In this document: positions 40,688-54,994 of the stretch, in pieces
How the letters are laid out: each line of letters starts with the position of its first letter
How positions within the stretch are numbered: position 1 is the first letter of the stretch
Assembly: GCA_951406725.2 (NCBI GenBank)
Contig: OX597815.1
Location: forward strand, 78,306,001-78,370,000
Length of the DNA: 64,000 bases
Direction: 5' to 3'
From: Octopus vulgaris
Taxonomy: Eukaryota
Program-made: the position numbers and the translations under genes
The notes under the pieces: model-generated
Database searches by the model: none
Seen by the model: only the letters and a program-made list of their open reading frames with translations
Told to the model about the DNA's origin: nothing

Positions 40688-40948
40688 TATATATTAAAAA
40701 TGAGGAGAGCCGGTTTATGGGATTACCTTAAGTTTCCCGTCCATAAAGAGTTTAGCTTTATGGCGTATCGTCAGATCCCAAAACCCTGTTGGCCCGTGAC
40801 CTCTTAAAAAATATCTTTTAATTCATTTTTAAAAGATCATGGGGCAACTGGTTTTTGGGATCTGACGATACGCCGTAAAGCTAAACCCTTTATAGACGGG
40901 AAACCTAAAGTAATCCCATAAACCGCCCCCCCCCATTTTTAATATATA
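40688..40948. ncRNA. Palindromic element with a hammerhead motif on each strand
   Basis: Plus 40857-40917 GGGAU CUGACGA..GAAAC CUAAA GUA AUCCC; minus 40779-40719 GGGAU CUGACGA..CCAUAAAG/CUUUAUGG..GAAAC UUAAG GUA AUCCC; TA-rich flanks. Confidence 0.75.
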
Positions 40949-41107
40949 CTACTCTACATCTTAGAGTGTGCTTCTTCTTTCGGATTTGTTTTTTTACAAA
41001 CGATATATATGATAGCTACATACATTTGCACGTGCTACGTACATATATATACATACACACACACATTAGTACATACACACGCGCATATATGTTTTTGTGT
41101 AGAAATA

Positions 41108-41673
41108 TTGGGTTCTCCGGAAAATTCGGGCCGATTTATAGTAGCTTATCTTTCGACTTATTTTAGAACATGATTGAGTCCATAAAATAGGATTTGACTA
41201 AACCTCCATTTAGAGCACAGTTTAAGCTATCTTTTCGTGGAAGAAGGTTTATATTCCTTTAACCTGTGTTAATTCCGTAACCCTTTAAAATGGAAGATAA
41301 GAAAGTTCATTTTCGGCAATTGATGCTTTGGGAACCAGACAAAAATTGCTGTAGCTCAGCTGGGATGTGTTACCCCACCCTCCATATTCACCAGACATTG
41401 TTCCTTCGGATTTCCACTTATTCAGGTCTCTGCAGAATAGTCTTAATGGTAAAAATTTCAATTCCTTGGATGACGTGAAAAGATACCTTGATGAATTCTT
41501 TGCCATGAAACCACCTCAATTCTGGGAAGAGGGTATTTTCAAGTTAAAGGAAAGACGGAGACACATTGTGCAACAAAATGGTTCATATTTGGTTGGTTAA
41601 AAATGTAATGGCAAGTATTTATTGATATTTTTCTGTCCTTTAAAAATCGGCACGAACTTTCCAGACAACCCAA
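41108..41673 (+). mobile_element. Internally deleted mariner (DD34D) transposon
   Basis: TA TSD; TIRs TTGGGTTCTCCGGAAAATTCGGGCCGATTT / AAATCGGCACGAACTTTCCAGACAACCCAA; N-terminus MEDKKVHFR fused to LPHPPYSPDIVPSDFHLFRSL. Confidence 0.9.
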
Positions 41674-42326
41674 TATATAAAATATAATCCAGTTTATCAT
41701 TCAAAACTGGTCTGTGGTGCGTGTAGTGTGACCATCTAAACGGCTCATATCAGAAGGCTAAAACAATGCATATAATGTGCCAGTTGGAAAAGAGAGACAC
41801 AACCGAGTAGAAGGTTTGGAGAACATTTATTCATATATTTACTTGCATCTGTGTGGGTTGTATGTTTACTGTTAACCATGCTGAGGTAGCTCACGAACAG
41901 CGCTATGTTAGAACCTGGGCAGCGTTGCTGGTGCTGTGTCCGTAGAGATGTTGTTGACGACGTTGGTGAGAGACATGATGGTGGCGACGAAGATGGAGGT
42001 CGCTGTAATGCAGTTGGACGAGTGTTGTCTGGCGTCGTCGCTGGAACTGGCTGTGTCGTGTAGTTTAGTGGTTAGACCATAGAAGGTCTGGAACCAAAAG
42101 ACTCCGAGACAAGGAGAACATAGGTTTTTATAGATAACGGTAAGCTCAAAATTGGTATTGAGGACAGACTGTCTCATGTGATCTTATTTAGGGATTGCGA
42201 TTGGTTAGGTTGCATATTGGCGCGCAATTGAGTAAGAGACAAATTGCGCCGATACCAACCAATTAGAGTGGTGGACACAACGGGGTTCAAACAGCGGCCA
42301 AAAGTTAGCTTATCTGCTACGTTCGA

Positions 42327-42362
<36 letters not shown>

Positions 42363-42804
42363 CAGAGAGAGAGGAAGTTCACTGGAGTTTGCTACAACAT
42401 ATATATGGTGGCATCAAAATCTTTTAAGTGCTTAGGGCCTCAATGGGTCTTAATACGGCCCTGCGTCAGAGGCCTCTCGATCTTTCATTCTGTGAATTAT
42501 GAAGAGACCCATGGTTAGGTTTTTCTCCCCTACCCATATTCACACACTTTTATCATTCCATCAATGACCCACTTGTTACTGTCATTCCTAAAGCAGATGG
42601 CACCACCCTGCTTGGAATATGTATCATAATTGTCTTCTCAAATTAATGTCACTGGTTCTGTTATATTTAAAAAATACATGATTGTTAATGTATATTTATT
42701 TTATGTTTTAATTATTAAGTTATGTAATTAATCACTGAAATTACTCATTACAGAATGGGTACATGAATTGAATAGATGCCAGTAATTAAGTAATCATATA
42801 CATA

Positions 42805-42949
42805 TATAAACAAGGGCAAAAGAAGAATTATTTCCATACCAATATGCTGAGAACAGACTTTAAATCGTCAATTGACGATAAATTGACGATTTAAAGTCTG
42901 TTCTCAGCATATTGGCATAGAAATAATTCTTCTTTTGCCCTTATTTATA
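42805..42949. repeat. 69-bp-arm palindrome with duplicated apex
   Basis: 42805-42873 versus 42881-42949; AATTGACGAT occurs twice at the centre. Confidence 0.85.
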
Positions 42950-43042
42950 AGTTGTTTATAATTTTAACCTTTAAAGGTATTTTAATATGCTGCCACTTTT
43001 GATAAAGTTTTTTTCTGAAAAACATTTTATCCTATATTAGTA

Positions 43043-43096
<54 letters not shown>

Positions 43097-43402
43097 ACCT
43101 ACCTATCTGTCTGTCTGTGTCTGTCTGTATGTATGTATGTATTATGAAGGGGAACAGATGATTGGAAATACGCTGTTTGAGAGAGTTCCCAGTGCACTCC
43201 ACGTACTTCTGTGGGCGCGTGGTGTCGTTGCGCCAGTTGCTGTTGTAAGTGTTGCTGTTGGTGGTGTTGTTGTTGCTGCTACGTTGCAGTTGCGCCTGTT
43301 CCTGTTGTCGTTGTGCCGGTTGTTGTTGTAGGTGCTGCTGTTGGTGGTGTTGTTGTTGCAGCTGTTGCTGCTGCTACCGTTGGTGCCGCCGGTGGTGGTA
43401 TC

Positions 43403-43915
43403 CTCCTTCAGAGTCCCGGAAAGGAGATACGTGACATCGCTGACCAGCCATATCTGACAATTACGAGACGAAGAGATTCCATACTCGATCACATGGAAAA
43501 TACTCGAGAACCCAGGTCCCTACGTCGGGACGAAACGGCGCAAATTATACATTGCCGAACGCACGAGGATCCTTAAAGACTCGCTCGTGCGAGGGGACAT
43601 CCTGAACTCCAGGACGGAGATTTTCGGACCATGCTTGCGTTTTAGAAAATTCCTGCTGACTCTTTGGAATCCGCATGGCAGCACTACAGCCGGAAACCAA
43701 TAACCAAGGCCGAAGATAGACAAACTCTTACCTTCGTGGCTTCTTTGATAACCGCAAGATGGCAGCGCGACCGAAGATCGATGGACAATAGCAAAGGGAG
43801 ATAATCACTTTGGATTTTATCCTTAAAAACAAGGCTTTTCCTCCTCTATATCTTAAAGAGATCTCAGGCTAGCAATGTTTGGGATCTGAAGATACGCCAT
43901 AAGGCTAAATCCCTT
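43403..43915 (+). mobile_element. PLE 3' fragment (GIY-YIG C-terminus, Naiad/Chlamys-like) plus start of its hammerhead
   Basis: SFRVPERRYVTSLTSHI*QLRDEEIPYSITWKIL...ILNSRTEIFGPCLRFRKFLL (absent from the ORF track), then GGGATCTGAAGATACGCCATAAGGCTAAA matching the 40.8 kb ribozyme. Confidence 0.7.
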
Positions 43916-44300
43916 GAGAGTGGCTACAGGAATGTTGGTCAACCATGGCTCAGATATAAGGACAATCTAAAGAGTAACCTCTTGGAGATTAAGATAGCTC
44001 ACAACACTTTTGAGCGAACAGCCTTGGAACGAACAAAATGGAGATGGTTGTGTCAAAATGGTATTAAAAACTTTGTTGCAACCAGCATTAACAGGATTCG
44101 GGGTGCAAGGCAATGGAGAATAGTGGCTGCAAAACTACCACCTGCACTGACCTGTGATCTTCATACTTGTAGCATCTGTGGCTTTCTTTGCAAATCGTTG
44201 GCGGGACTTAAATGTCACATTCGACATTAGCATTATGACCGATAAAGAAAGAGTACGTTACCGGGGCCTCATACGTTGGAACCGACGGGAGAGTCCATCA
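43916..44300 (+). mobile_element. RTE-clade LINE 3' fragment
   Basis: GQPWLRYKDNLKSNL..FERTALERTKWR..CSICGFLCKSLAGLKCHIRH (C-terminal zinc finger). Confidence 0.75.
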
Positions 44301-44470
44301 TTTATGTATATATATCATTATCTATCTATCTATCTATCTACATACATATATATATGCACATACATGTATACTAATATGCATATATAAGTATAAATATATA
44401 TGTACATATGTGTATATATTTGGATGAGCGCGCACGCACACACGCGCACACACTCACACACACACACACA

Positions 44471-44541
<71 letters not shown>

Positions 44542-45733
44542 CCCCACACAAATATGCATATTTATACTATCGAAGGACTTCCAGTTCATTGACCAGAATT
44601 ATTTTCACACGTGCGAGAGCTTACAGAACAGGGGCTACAACTCAGTGTTTTCTATTTCCGATAGGAAAGATTTCTCATCTTATTTGCTTCCATATTTTTA
44701 GTTTGGTTATTGAAAGAGGGTAGGGTATGCATTTCATATTATTTACATGATTATCGAGGATGTTGAGATCAATACTGATTGTTACTCTATTTGTGTATTT
44801 ATAGGTCGAAGTCTGATAGAATAACGACTGCGGAAATTCAGAGAAAATCAGTGATGGCGAGGTTTGGAGAAAAAGTGCTTATTTTATAGTTTAGTGAGCA
44901 AGGGCTCGGGAACAGGGGGTGCAGGGGATTCGCATACACCCCCTAAGATTTTTAGCGGGTGCAAAATCAAACTTTGCATCCCCTATATACTTCGCTATGT
45001 TTAGAAAATATTATCTAAAAATTAATCTGTAAAAAGTTGCTTGAAGTTAGGTTTCTTCTCAAAACTAGAACAAAGGACAAAAATAAATAAAAAGTCCAAA
45101 ATGTTGATTGATCATAAAATTCCCAAAGGAATTCTCTTGAAAAATATACTACTGAACTGACGCATCGTCAACATCAAAATTAAAAGTATAAGACAGGAGC
45201 AGCAGCAACGACAACAGTGTCACTCCTCAAAAGTAATACAATTAATGACCTATTAAACTCCACCATGAAAAACCCTTTACTGTCCAACTATCCACATGCT
45301 TCATTTTCTCTGAATACTACAACTGGCCCAACATCATCATCATCATAACCATAATATTCTACTGCTACAACCACAACCGCTACTATTATCACGCCTTTCT
45401 TGCCATCACTGTCCACCTCAATTTGGATATATAGCTCACAGCTCCATGATAAATCTGCCAACTGTAAATAAAGAAAAATCTATAAATACGTGATACCCCC
45501 AAAATATGCCAGTTTTCTCAATGCAAGGGACTATGCATACACAGTAACTGCAATTCCACTCATTTACCTGGGACAAAACACAATTCGTACAAGCAACACC
45601 AGCCAACGCCAAAATACGCATCTTGCGCCAATGCCACTGTAGCCACCGCCACTCTCCCCCACCACTTGTATGTAATCTTTCAAATTGCTACCTTCTGTGC
45701 AGTTTTTTAATCAGTTTGTTTCACAGTGTGTAT

Positions 45734-45764
<31 letters not shown>

Positions 45765-46472
45765 TATATATATTTGTTTTCTGTTATTCTTTTATTTGTT
45801 TCAGTCATTTGACTGTGGCCATGCTGGAGCACCGCCTTCAGTCGAACAAATCGACCCCAGTACTTATTCTTTGTAAATCTAGTACTTATTCTATCGGAAG
45901 AGGATGCGTAGCGTTCAATCATATAATGATATAAATAATATGAATATATATATATATATAGGCGCAGGAGTGGCTGTGTGGTTACGGGTTCAGTCCCACT
46001 GCGTGGCATCTTGGGCAAGAAAGGCATGATAATAGTAGCGGTTGTGATTGTAGCAGTAGAATATTATGGTTATGATGATGATGATGTTGGGTCAGTTGTA
46101 GTATTCAGAGAAAATGAAGCATGTGGATAGTTGTGAGTGGATTTGGTAGCCGGAAACTGAAAGAAGCCTGTCGTATATATGTATATATATATATATATGT
46201 GTGTGTTTGTGTGTCTATGTTTGTCCCCCTAGCATTGTTTGACAACCGATGCTGGTGTGTTTACGTACCCGTCATTAGCGGTTCGGCATAAGAGACCGAT
46301 AGAATAAGTACTGGGCTTACAAAGAATAAGTCCCGGGGTCGATTTGCTCGACTAAAGGCAGTGCTCTAGCATGGCCGCAGTCAAATGACTGAAACAAGTA
46401 AAAGAGTAAAAGAGTAAAGAGATATATATATGCATATATACATACGTATATGTACATACATCTATACGTACA

Positions 46473-46508
<36 letters not shown>

Positions 46509-46554
46509 TGTATGTATGTATGTATGTATGTATGTATGTATGTATGTATATGTA

Positions 46555-47106
46555 TATGTGGGCACAGGACGTCACGAAACGTTTACAACAAAAATATGAA
46601 GCACGAGTACATGGAACATGAACTACTCTTTCGAACAACGAAAGACAGAAATGGAAAACAAAACAAACAGGAAGGGCTGCTAAGCCTAAACGAGGTTGTG
46701 GCGAACGCGTAAATCAAGCTAGAACAGGAGACAAACAAAAACACGTCTTCCTTGTTCCAGCTACAACAGAGGGAAAGAAAGATTGCCGATGGTCATGTGG
46801 GAGCCACGTGAGCAAGGGAGGATGAGGGAAGGAGAGAGAGAGTGACAGAGTAATAGGACAGAATAGTGGAAGAAGAGGAGGTAAATGAATAAGAGATAGA
46901 AAAAGAGAGAAATGAAAGAGTAAAAAGATCGTATAGAGTGCGCATCAGAATTATTACGATAAAAATTACTTGGAAGAGGATGCGTGACATTCAATCATAT
47001 AATAATATGAATAATATATATATATATATACATATATGCATATATGCATATATGCATACGTATATGTACATACTTATATCTATACGTATATATATATATG
47101 TGTGTG

Positions 47107-47150
<44 letters not shown>

Positions 47151-47255
47151 CACAGGACGTCAAGAAACGTGTACAACAAAAAATACGAAGTACATGGAAC
47201 ATGAACTATTCTTTCGAACAACGAAAGACACAAATGGAAAACAAAACAAACAACA
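46555..47255 (+). repeat. Direct repeat of a microsatellite-adjacent element end
   Basis: GGGCACAGGACGTCA...GGAAAACAAAACAAAC at about 46560-46667 and 47148-47251. Confidence 0.7.
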
Positions 47256-47457
47256 TAAAGAACGACTCTTCATCAGTTGTTGGCTGTTTTTCTAGTCTCG
47301 TATTTCGAGTATTTAACAACAATATACGCTTTCGATAAAACTGTTGCTCCCGCAAAGCAAATTTGGGATTTTGCAGAGGGTCAAGATTGGTAACACAAAC
47401 GGGACAGTGAAAACAAACGAGATTGTGATGGCGATCGCGTAAATCAAGCGTTTGATT

Positions 47458-48485
47458 TTGTCGACTACACAGCGTAGTATGGTCAGTTGGGCACCATCTG
47501 TAAGTAAAACAGCACCATGGCGCAATTCACTCTGCCAGGAATTTGGAAGCGACATACTGTACTGCTCGGCATTTGCACCGGAAGCTCCAATACGAACATA
47601 TCAGAATGTTTGGGTGTCAATCGGAGGATAGTGAAATCTGAGGACATGTACCGAGAATGACAAAAATCAAGCATCTAGTCAATAGCAAGGTGTTTGGAGT
47701 GATTACTGGTGAGGGTGACGTTATGCCTCCATTCATCTTCTCACACGGCCTCAGACTCAACATGGAGGCTTACATCAAATGCCTGGAGGAGGTAGTACTG
47801 CCCTGGGTCAAGAGGGTGGCTGCTGGAAGACCATATGTCTAGCAACAGGACTCGGCACCATTCTACACAAGCAGGAGAACCCAATCATGACTGTCAGAAA
47901 TTTCTTATTTCTTTATTGCCCACAAGGGGCTAAACATAGAGGGGACAAATAAGGACGGACAGGGGGATTAATCGATTACATCGACCCCAGTACGTAACTG
48001 GTACTTAACTTATCGACCCCGAAAGGATGAAAGCAAAGCCAACCTCGGCGGAATTTGAAGTCAGAACGTAGCGGCAGACGAAATACCGCTAAGCATTTCG
48101 CCCGGCGTGCTAACGTTTCTGCCAGCTCGCTTGTCAGACAATTTCTGCGACCACATCACCCCTAACATCTGGCCACCTATCCCCCCCCCCCCAGACTGCA
48201 ACCCCCTTGATTATCATATGTGGAGCGCAGTTGAACGAGAGACTGAAGGCAAGGATTATGGCAGCATTCACCAACTTAAGCAAGGAGACCGTGCAGAAGA
48301 GTTGGAAGAGATTCCGAAGTCATTTGGTGGATGTGGTTGAAGCCAATGGCGATTTTATTGAATAAATTTAGTCTTTAGTATTTCAAGATATTCTAATGTA
48401 ATTTTCGTAAATATACCTGTTAAAATGAGATAGTGTTATTTTCATTTTTGCATAATTTAGACGACAGTTTATCCACCGTACCCTG
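47458..48485 (+). mobile_element. Decayed Tc1/mariner maT (DD37D)-like transposon with nested SINE
   Basis: GEGDVMPPFIF..YIKCLEEVVLPW..YV*QQDSAP..WPP..PDCNPLDY; right end CCCTG|TA; SINE at 47906-48130 (-) flanked by TSD TGTCAGA(C)AATTTCT. Confidence 0.8.
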
Positions 48486-49079
48486 TATATGTGCGTGCGA
48501 ACGCGCGCGTATGTTTATTTGCACGTGTGTGTGTCTTTGTTCCCACCCCCACCATCGCTTGACAACCGATGCTGGTGTGTTTACGTTTCCGTAATTTAGC
48601 CATTCGGCAAAAGAGCCTGATAGAATAAGTATTAGGCTTACAGAGAGTAAGTCGATTTCTTCGACTAAAACACATTAAGGCGGTGCTCCAGCATGGCTGC
48701 AGTAAATGACTGAAACAATATAATTGTCATTAAATATGACAGTGGGTATTAGAACACCTACAATGCTAAGTGTTCTGTGTGTGTGGGGGGGACTCCCTGT
48801 GCACTATTTTATTGTTATTAGTCAATGTAATGTCACACACCCCATTTCTGTTCCCATTCAGTGGCACCCCACATAGAGCCCTCTCATCGTACCTTTGGAA
48901 GACAAACACCACTATTTTGTTTCTTTTTTGTTAGTTTTTGTCATGTAGTGTCCCACATTTTGAAATAATTGCAATTTGTATTTTTACTGCTTATATTTGC
49001 TTCGCTTGATAAATTTCTGAAATTAAACATTTTAATTTACAAAATATACCTCACATACCTATATGTTAGTGCACATGCT

Positions 49080-49581
49080 ATATGTTAATGCAAAAAATAT
49101 AGTGTTTATTGACTATCTTCAAAATGATCTCACCACCAATGGAATGTTTAATGCCAATTTGCTAAGGCAGTTACGAAAAGGTATCCAAGACCAAGCGCCC
49201 AGAAAAACTGATGAATCAGGTCTTGTTTCATTAGGACACTACTTCAGCACACAAGTCATTGGTTTCAATGGCTGCTATGTATGACTGGCTTTGAACTGGT
49301 TGATCATCCTCCTTATGTTAGTGATTTGGTTCCTTCTGGTTATCATCTGTTTCCCAACATGAAAACACTCGGCTGGGCATCAGTATTGCTGTGATAATGA
49401 CATCTTATCTGCTGTTAATGACTTTTTTGTCCAACAGGGTAGCTTCTTCACCAGTGTGACACAAGCACTGCAATTACTGATGGAAGTGTGTGGACAGTAA
49501 GAGGAACTATGTTAAAAAATGAACTTCATTGGGTCCCATTCCATAAATATTTTAGCTAATGAAGATTTCAGCCGACCCTCT
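49080..49581 (+). mobile_element. Decayed mariner transposase 3' half
   Basis: IVFIDYLQ..NLLRQLRK..ELVDHPPYVSDLVPSGYHLFPNMK; ends ..GCCGACCCTC. Confidence 0.7.
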
Positions 49582-49732
49582 TAATAATAAAAATTATTAT
49601 TATACCTGCATTTGTTTTAATGTTAACATTAAAAAAAATCCCCTTTCTTCGTAAAAAAGTTTGAACCTGGGTATGCACCCGCTAAACAAATTTTGTTCCC
49701 GGGCCACTGTTAGCGAGAGTAGACATGTTAGA

Positions 49733-49818
<86 letters not shown>

Positions 49819-50677
49819 TAGACAGACAGACAGACAGGCAGGCAGTTAGGCAGGCAGGCAGACAGAGAGGGAGGAAGAGAGAGTAGTGTGTTTGGATCGT
49901 GGGTTGTCGATGGTACAGAAATTGTATGAAGGTCAAAATGAAGGTTTGCCTCTCCTCATAATGACTTCACATCATATCGACCAAAAGCCAGATTGACATC
50001 AAGTCATATTAATCATTTATATCGATCTTGAGTCAGAAATTATCAATTATTTCTAACTATACAACACCAGTTGTCTAAAGCAAGCGTTTTCAACCCTTAT
50101 TCCACCGTTGGTCCAGATTGTGTCGCAAATTTTTAAAAGAATGTCTGAAAGTACCAAAATATTTTTTTTAATTAGTGTTTTTATGCAGCGGTGCCTGTAC
50201 ATTCATTTGCAGGAAAATGCGATGTTTGCATTTCTTTAAAATAATTTTCGTAAAGGTTTTTTTCTTACACACATATATATATATATAACTTTTTAAGAAT
50301 TTAATGTTGTATTGAAGAACTTCTACTGTTAGTTCAGGTTGAAAATCACCAAATTAACGGTAATTTGTTTGGTTGATTGAGCCATACTGGGGACTATTCA
50401 ATCAAACATTATTGAGAATATCTTACCAACTCTGGAAAGATGTGAACAAATATCGATCCTGTTGCAAACTTTAATGGAAGCTGTGGAAGACATAGGCGTA
50501 AATCATGTATGTCACTCGGTTTCACATTCCCTCTCTCTATCGGATACTTTGGGTAGGAGTTCATTATGTAGAAAACATCTCCATTCTTAACTTTCTCTTT
50601 TCCTCTTAGTAATCAACACTCCTCTGTCCCCTCTATATATACGCGACCTCTATGAAACTAATCTGTCCTTTTTTTAT

Positions 50678-50735
<58 letters not shown>

Positions 50736-52539
50736 CCCCACTCCTCTTACTCTCTTCCTATCTCCTTCTTCCCTCTTTCTCCCCCCTTCTCTCTGTATCT
50801 CTTTCCCTTTTCGCCCTCTCCTATCTCTTCCTCCCCTCTCTCTGGATATGTTGTATTCTGTGAGAAAAACGCTGGAGCATGTCCCGTTGTCAAGAAGGGC
50901 AATATCTCTGACTCTGCTAAGTTTCGAACTATCACACTAACTTCAACCATCGCACATACATCGAGGAGACAGATCTCCCGTCGTAGACAACGTATGAGTG
51001 TTCAGTTTTTGCTGAACGACTTGCATAAATTATATGTTTATAGTGATCAAATGTATGTACTGTACATTAGCCCACTCCCTCGGTCAAATTGATATTACTT
51101 GTACAAGTGCACAAGTGTATCACACATCAAGTGTCGAAATGATCGCAGAGTAACGTGAAATGAAGTGCTTTGCTCAAGAACATAACGCGCCTCTCGGTCC
51201 GCGAATCGAACTCACAATCTAGCGATCGTGGGTCATATATGTACACACATGCGTGTGCGAACACACATGCATACACACACATACATACATACGCACATAC
51301 ATATATGCATGCGCATGCATACATACATACATGCATGCATACATACATACATACATACATACATACATACATACATACGCACATACATGCATGCATGCAT
51401 ACATACATACATACATACATACATACATACATACATACATACATACATACATACATACATACATACATACATACATACATACATACGCGCAAAAAAGATT
51501 TGTAAGAGATTCCTAGAATTCTCCATTAGAGATTCTTTAGGTGAATGAATGCAAACACTTGAGTATATGCATCGACAGTGCAACCAACACACCAACTCAA
51601 TCACATATTTACAAACACCGGGAAATCCCTTAACTCAAAACGTTTTGTCGTTTTGCTAATAACTGCCTTGAACACTCTTAAGAACTTAAATTAAACTCAG
51701 AGAAAAATCATACATACATGCATCCATCCATCCATCCATCCATCCATACATACATACATACATACATACATACATACATACATACATACATACATACATA
51801 CATAACTACATACATACATACATACATACATACATACATACATACATACATACATCATACATACATACATACATACATACATACATACATACATACATAC
51901 ATACATACATACATACATACATACATACATACATACATACATACATGCATACATACATACATACATACATACATACATACATACATACATACATACATAC
52001 ATACATACATACATACATACATACATACATACATAGTCTCTGTGTGTGTATGAATTTGAAATGTAAAAGAAAATTAGAAGATATATGTATTTAAATAGTA
52101 TAACTTGGTAAGCAGAGGTGAAATTACGGACTTATCCTCTCCTATGCGTTACAATAAATAGTCCATATTTTTAATGTAATACCTTATCATAATGTAATAC
52201 CTTACTACTTTTTGCCCCAATGTTTCTCTCTCGGATCCATGCATCTACACCTAGTACAGTTATCAAACACTCTTTCGCTTCGCTATATTGCAAGCTCTCA
52301 ACCTTCTCCCTATGTTTCGAGTATTATAATCATACCTATGAAATATATTCTCGACATTCTTCTTATGTTTTACCGTCGTCTGTTATTTTCTGAAGAAGAA
52401 CTAAGTTTCTAGTTATTTGCAGAGTCTATATTTCTCAAATCCCTTGTAAATTTGAAGCTTCAAATGTTTCTCAAATCTATATTTCAAGATCTCTACTTTT
52501 TCCCTTGACCAAAGCACTCTCAACCTCAACTTCAACCAA

Positions 52540-53165
52540 GGTTTCATCATTCCCTGGACTCCTTCCATCTCTGTCTGTCTTTGGCCAGTCGTGGCTATGT
52601 AAGTCCCAGGTAGTAGGTGAAATTATCTCTCCATCTTGTCTTTGGTCGCCCTCTTGATCGTGTCCGTTGTCTGACACCCTGACTGTCCATCTGTTGTCCT
52701 TCAGTCGTGCGATGTGGCCAACCCATCTATATGTGTTCTTCGTGATCATGCTTATGATGTTATTGACTCTCGTGCGCTGTCGAATCCAGATGCTGGTTTT
52801 CTTGTCCCGCAGTGTGATGCCGAGCAGGATTCGTTCCATTTTCCGTTGGGCGTTCATGATGATAGTGCTCAGAGCCCATGTTTCACTGTCGTAAATTATC
52901 ACTGGCGGGATGTACTCGTTAAAGATCTTTCTTCTAAATTTTATGGAAGCCTTGGGACTTCTCATGAAGTTTTCTACTTTCCCAAAGGCCGCCCAACCAA
53001 GTTCTACTCTCTTGACCTCCAGGAAGAGATTTCCGACTTTCGTCACCATCTTTCCAAGGTAAACATAATTATCTTACTCTTCTATGGTTTTACCGTTTAC
53101 GGAAACGGACGTTAGTCTAACGTGCCTGTTGAACATGACCTTAGTCATGTTAGCACGTCTAGCAT
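52540..53165 (-). mobile_element. RTE-clade LINE 3' fragment
   Basis: ELGWAAFGK..IIYDSETWAL..AQRKMERILLGITLRDKK..RWVGHIARLKDNRWT. Confidence 0.85.
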
Positions 53166-54240
53166 GGTTGCTTTCCAGCCTCTCTATACTTTGTATTTCT
53201 TAAAATCTCTTATTCATCTGTTTTACGTTCCAACTCTGTCACAAACGTTCAGCCATCTCCATAAATCACACTCACCTTACTTTTTATGAATCCATATGTA
53301 TTAACCTTTTCATAATCTCATCTAGTTTTCACCTCTCTACTGTCAGGTTTCTAGTTACGATATCTCATGAATTCTTCTTCCCCGTTTCTAGTTTTCCATT
53401 GACGTCATAAACACCAACTTCTCTAGTTGCAACTTTTCTACCCGCTCGCTCTCTGCGTATCAATCTCAACAACTTTTCCGTGTATTTAAAGCTCTCTATT
53501 CGCTTTTCATCTATCAAATTCATTATTTAGCTAACTGGCAAGCTCTGAGGTATTTTAATCTCTCCGTCTTGTTTTCTCTGTGTATTCTTTATCCAATACC
53601 TTGAGATTTTTTCTCTATTTTCAAACCATATATTGACATGCATTTTAGATATAAAACATGCATATAATCTGACACATAAGCTCACTCTAAATGTGCACAC
53701 ACACTCCTGCTCACAGACATGCATAGATTATAGACACATATTCACATACGCACACATACACACACACTACCTGGTCAGTTGTCCAGTGTCATAGGTCTAG
53801 GGGCCCAATGCAGAGCTACGTATGCAATTGCTTGTTGTCAATAAATACTATAGGGTCTTGTACACTGATTTGCCCAGGCGCCTATAGTATTGCTAGGATG
53901 GCCATGCACGCACATGCACACACATGCGTGCAGACACACACACGCATATGCATACACGCACAAACACATAGATGTATACATAGATCAAATCCAAATATTC
54001 ATGCATACGCGCACACGCACATACCCAAACACACACAAACACACACACACACGCACATACACACGCACACACAAACACATACACATATATAATCTATATG
54101 TACATATGCATATATATTTATATACATGCATATACATGCATATATGGATACAGGACATCACCAACGGTGCAAATAACAAGAAATACGTAAACAATGAGAT
54201 AAAATGGTTGTCGGCTGTCTGTCTACTCCTCATTTCAAGC

Positions 54241-54425
<185 letters not shown>

Positions 54426-54994
54426 TACGTACATACATACATACATTCTTAATGCCAAAACAAATTTCAGTGTGTCAGTGTGTCACACTTTGACCCCTTC
54501 TCTCACTATTCAATGACATTTCTACTACTCCTTAATGGGATGATAGTAATAGTATGAGCTGTAGTTGTGATAGAGCAGTGGCAACAGTGGTGGTGGTGGT
54601 GGTGGTGGTGGTGGTGGTGGTAGCTGAGGTGGTCAAGCACGACGGTGATAGCAAGAGATGTGAAAGACAGTGGTGTTGGTAGAGGAGGGGAAGGCGGCGA
54701 AGTCAAATGTTGGTGGCGTCAGAAGTCTGAATGGTGTGTATAGCAGTTGTGGTGACGATGGTGGTGGTGGTGGTACTGGTGATGGTGATGGTTGAAAACA
54801 TTTCAACAGAAAGAGAGAGAGAGAAAGAAAGACGTTAGACAGAAAATAAGAAATTGTACTGACTCCCGAATGGGAAGACAACAAATGTTGTTCATCATGC
54901 AGCTTTGCAATAAGTTCCAAGTCGACATATATCATTGTTTTGATGAAAATTGTTCATTGTTTGAAAAATCTTGGTCAAGTTTAATAAAATCTTT

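Noticed and set aside
41700-42325. Possible Gypsy LTR/gag remnant
   Set aside because: No paired LTRs, PBS or clear motifs could be identified
43454-43456. In-frame TGA in a Naiad-like PLE fragment as possible selenocysteine
   Set aside because: It falls at a conserved Trp position (HIW), so it is simply a TGG>TGA mutation; no SECIS recognised
43137-43576. Cys-rich (metallothionein-like) or Thr-rich (mucin-like) ORFs
   Set aside because: Degenerate (GTT/GCT/GGT)n triplet repeat, open in several frames, abutting a PLE fragment
50870-50960. CPVVKKGNISDSAKFRTITLTSTIA within a 146-aa ORF
   Set aside because: Short LINE RT fragment joined to (CT)n; not a host gene
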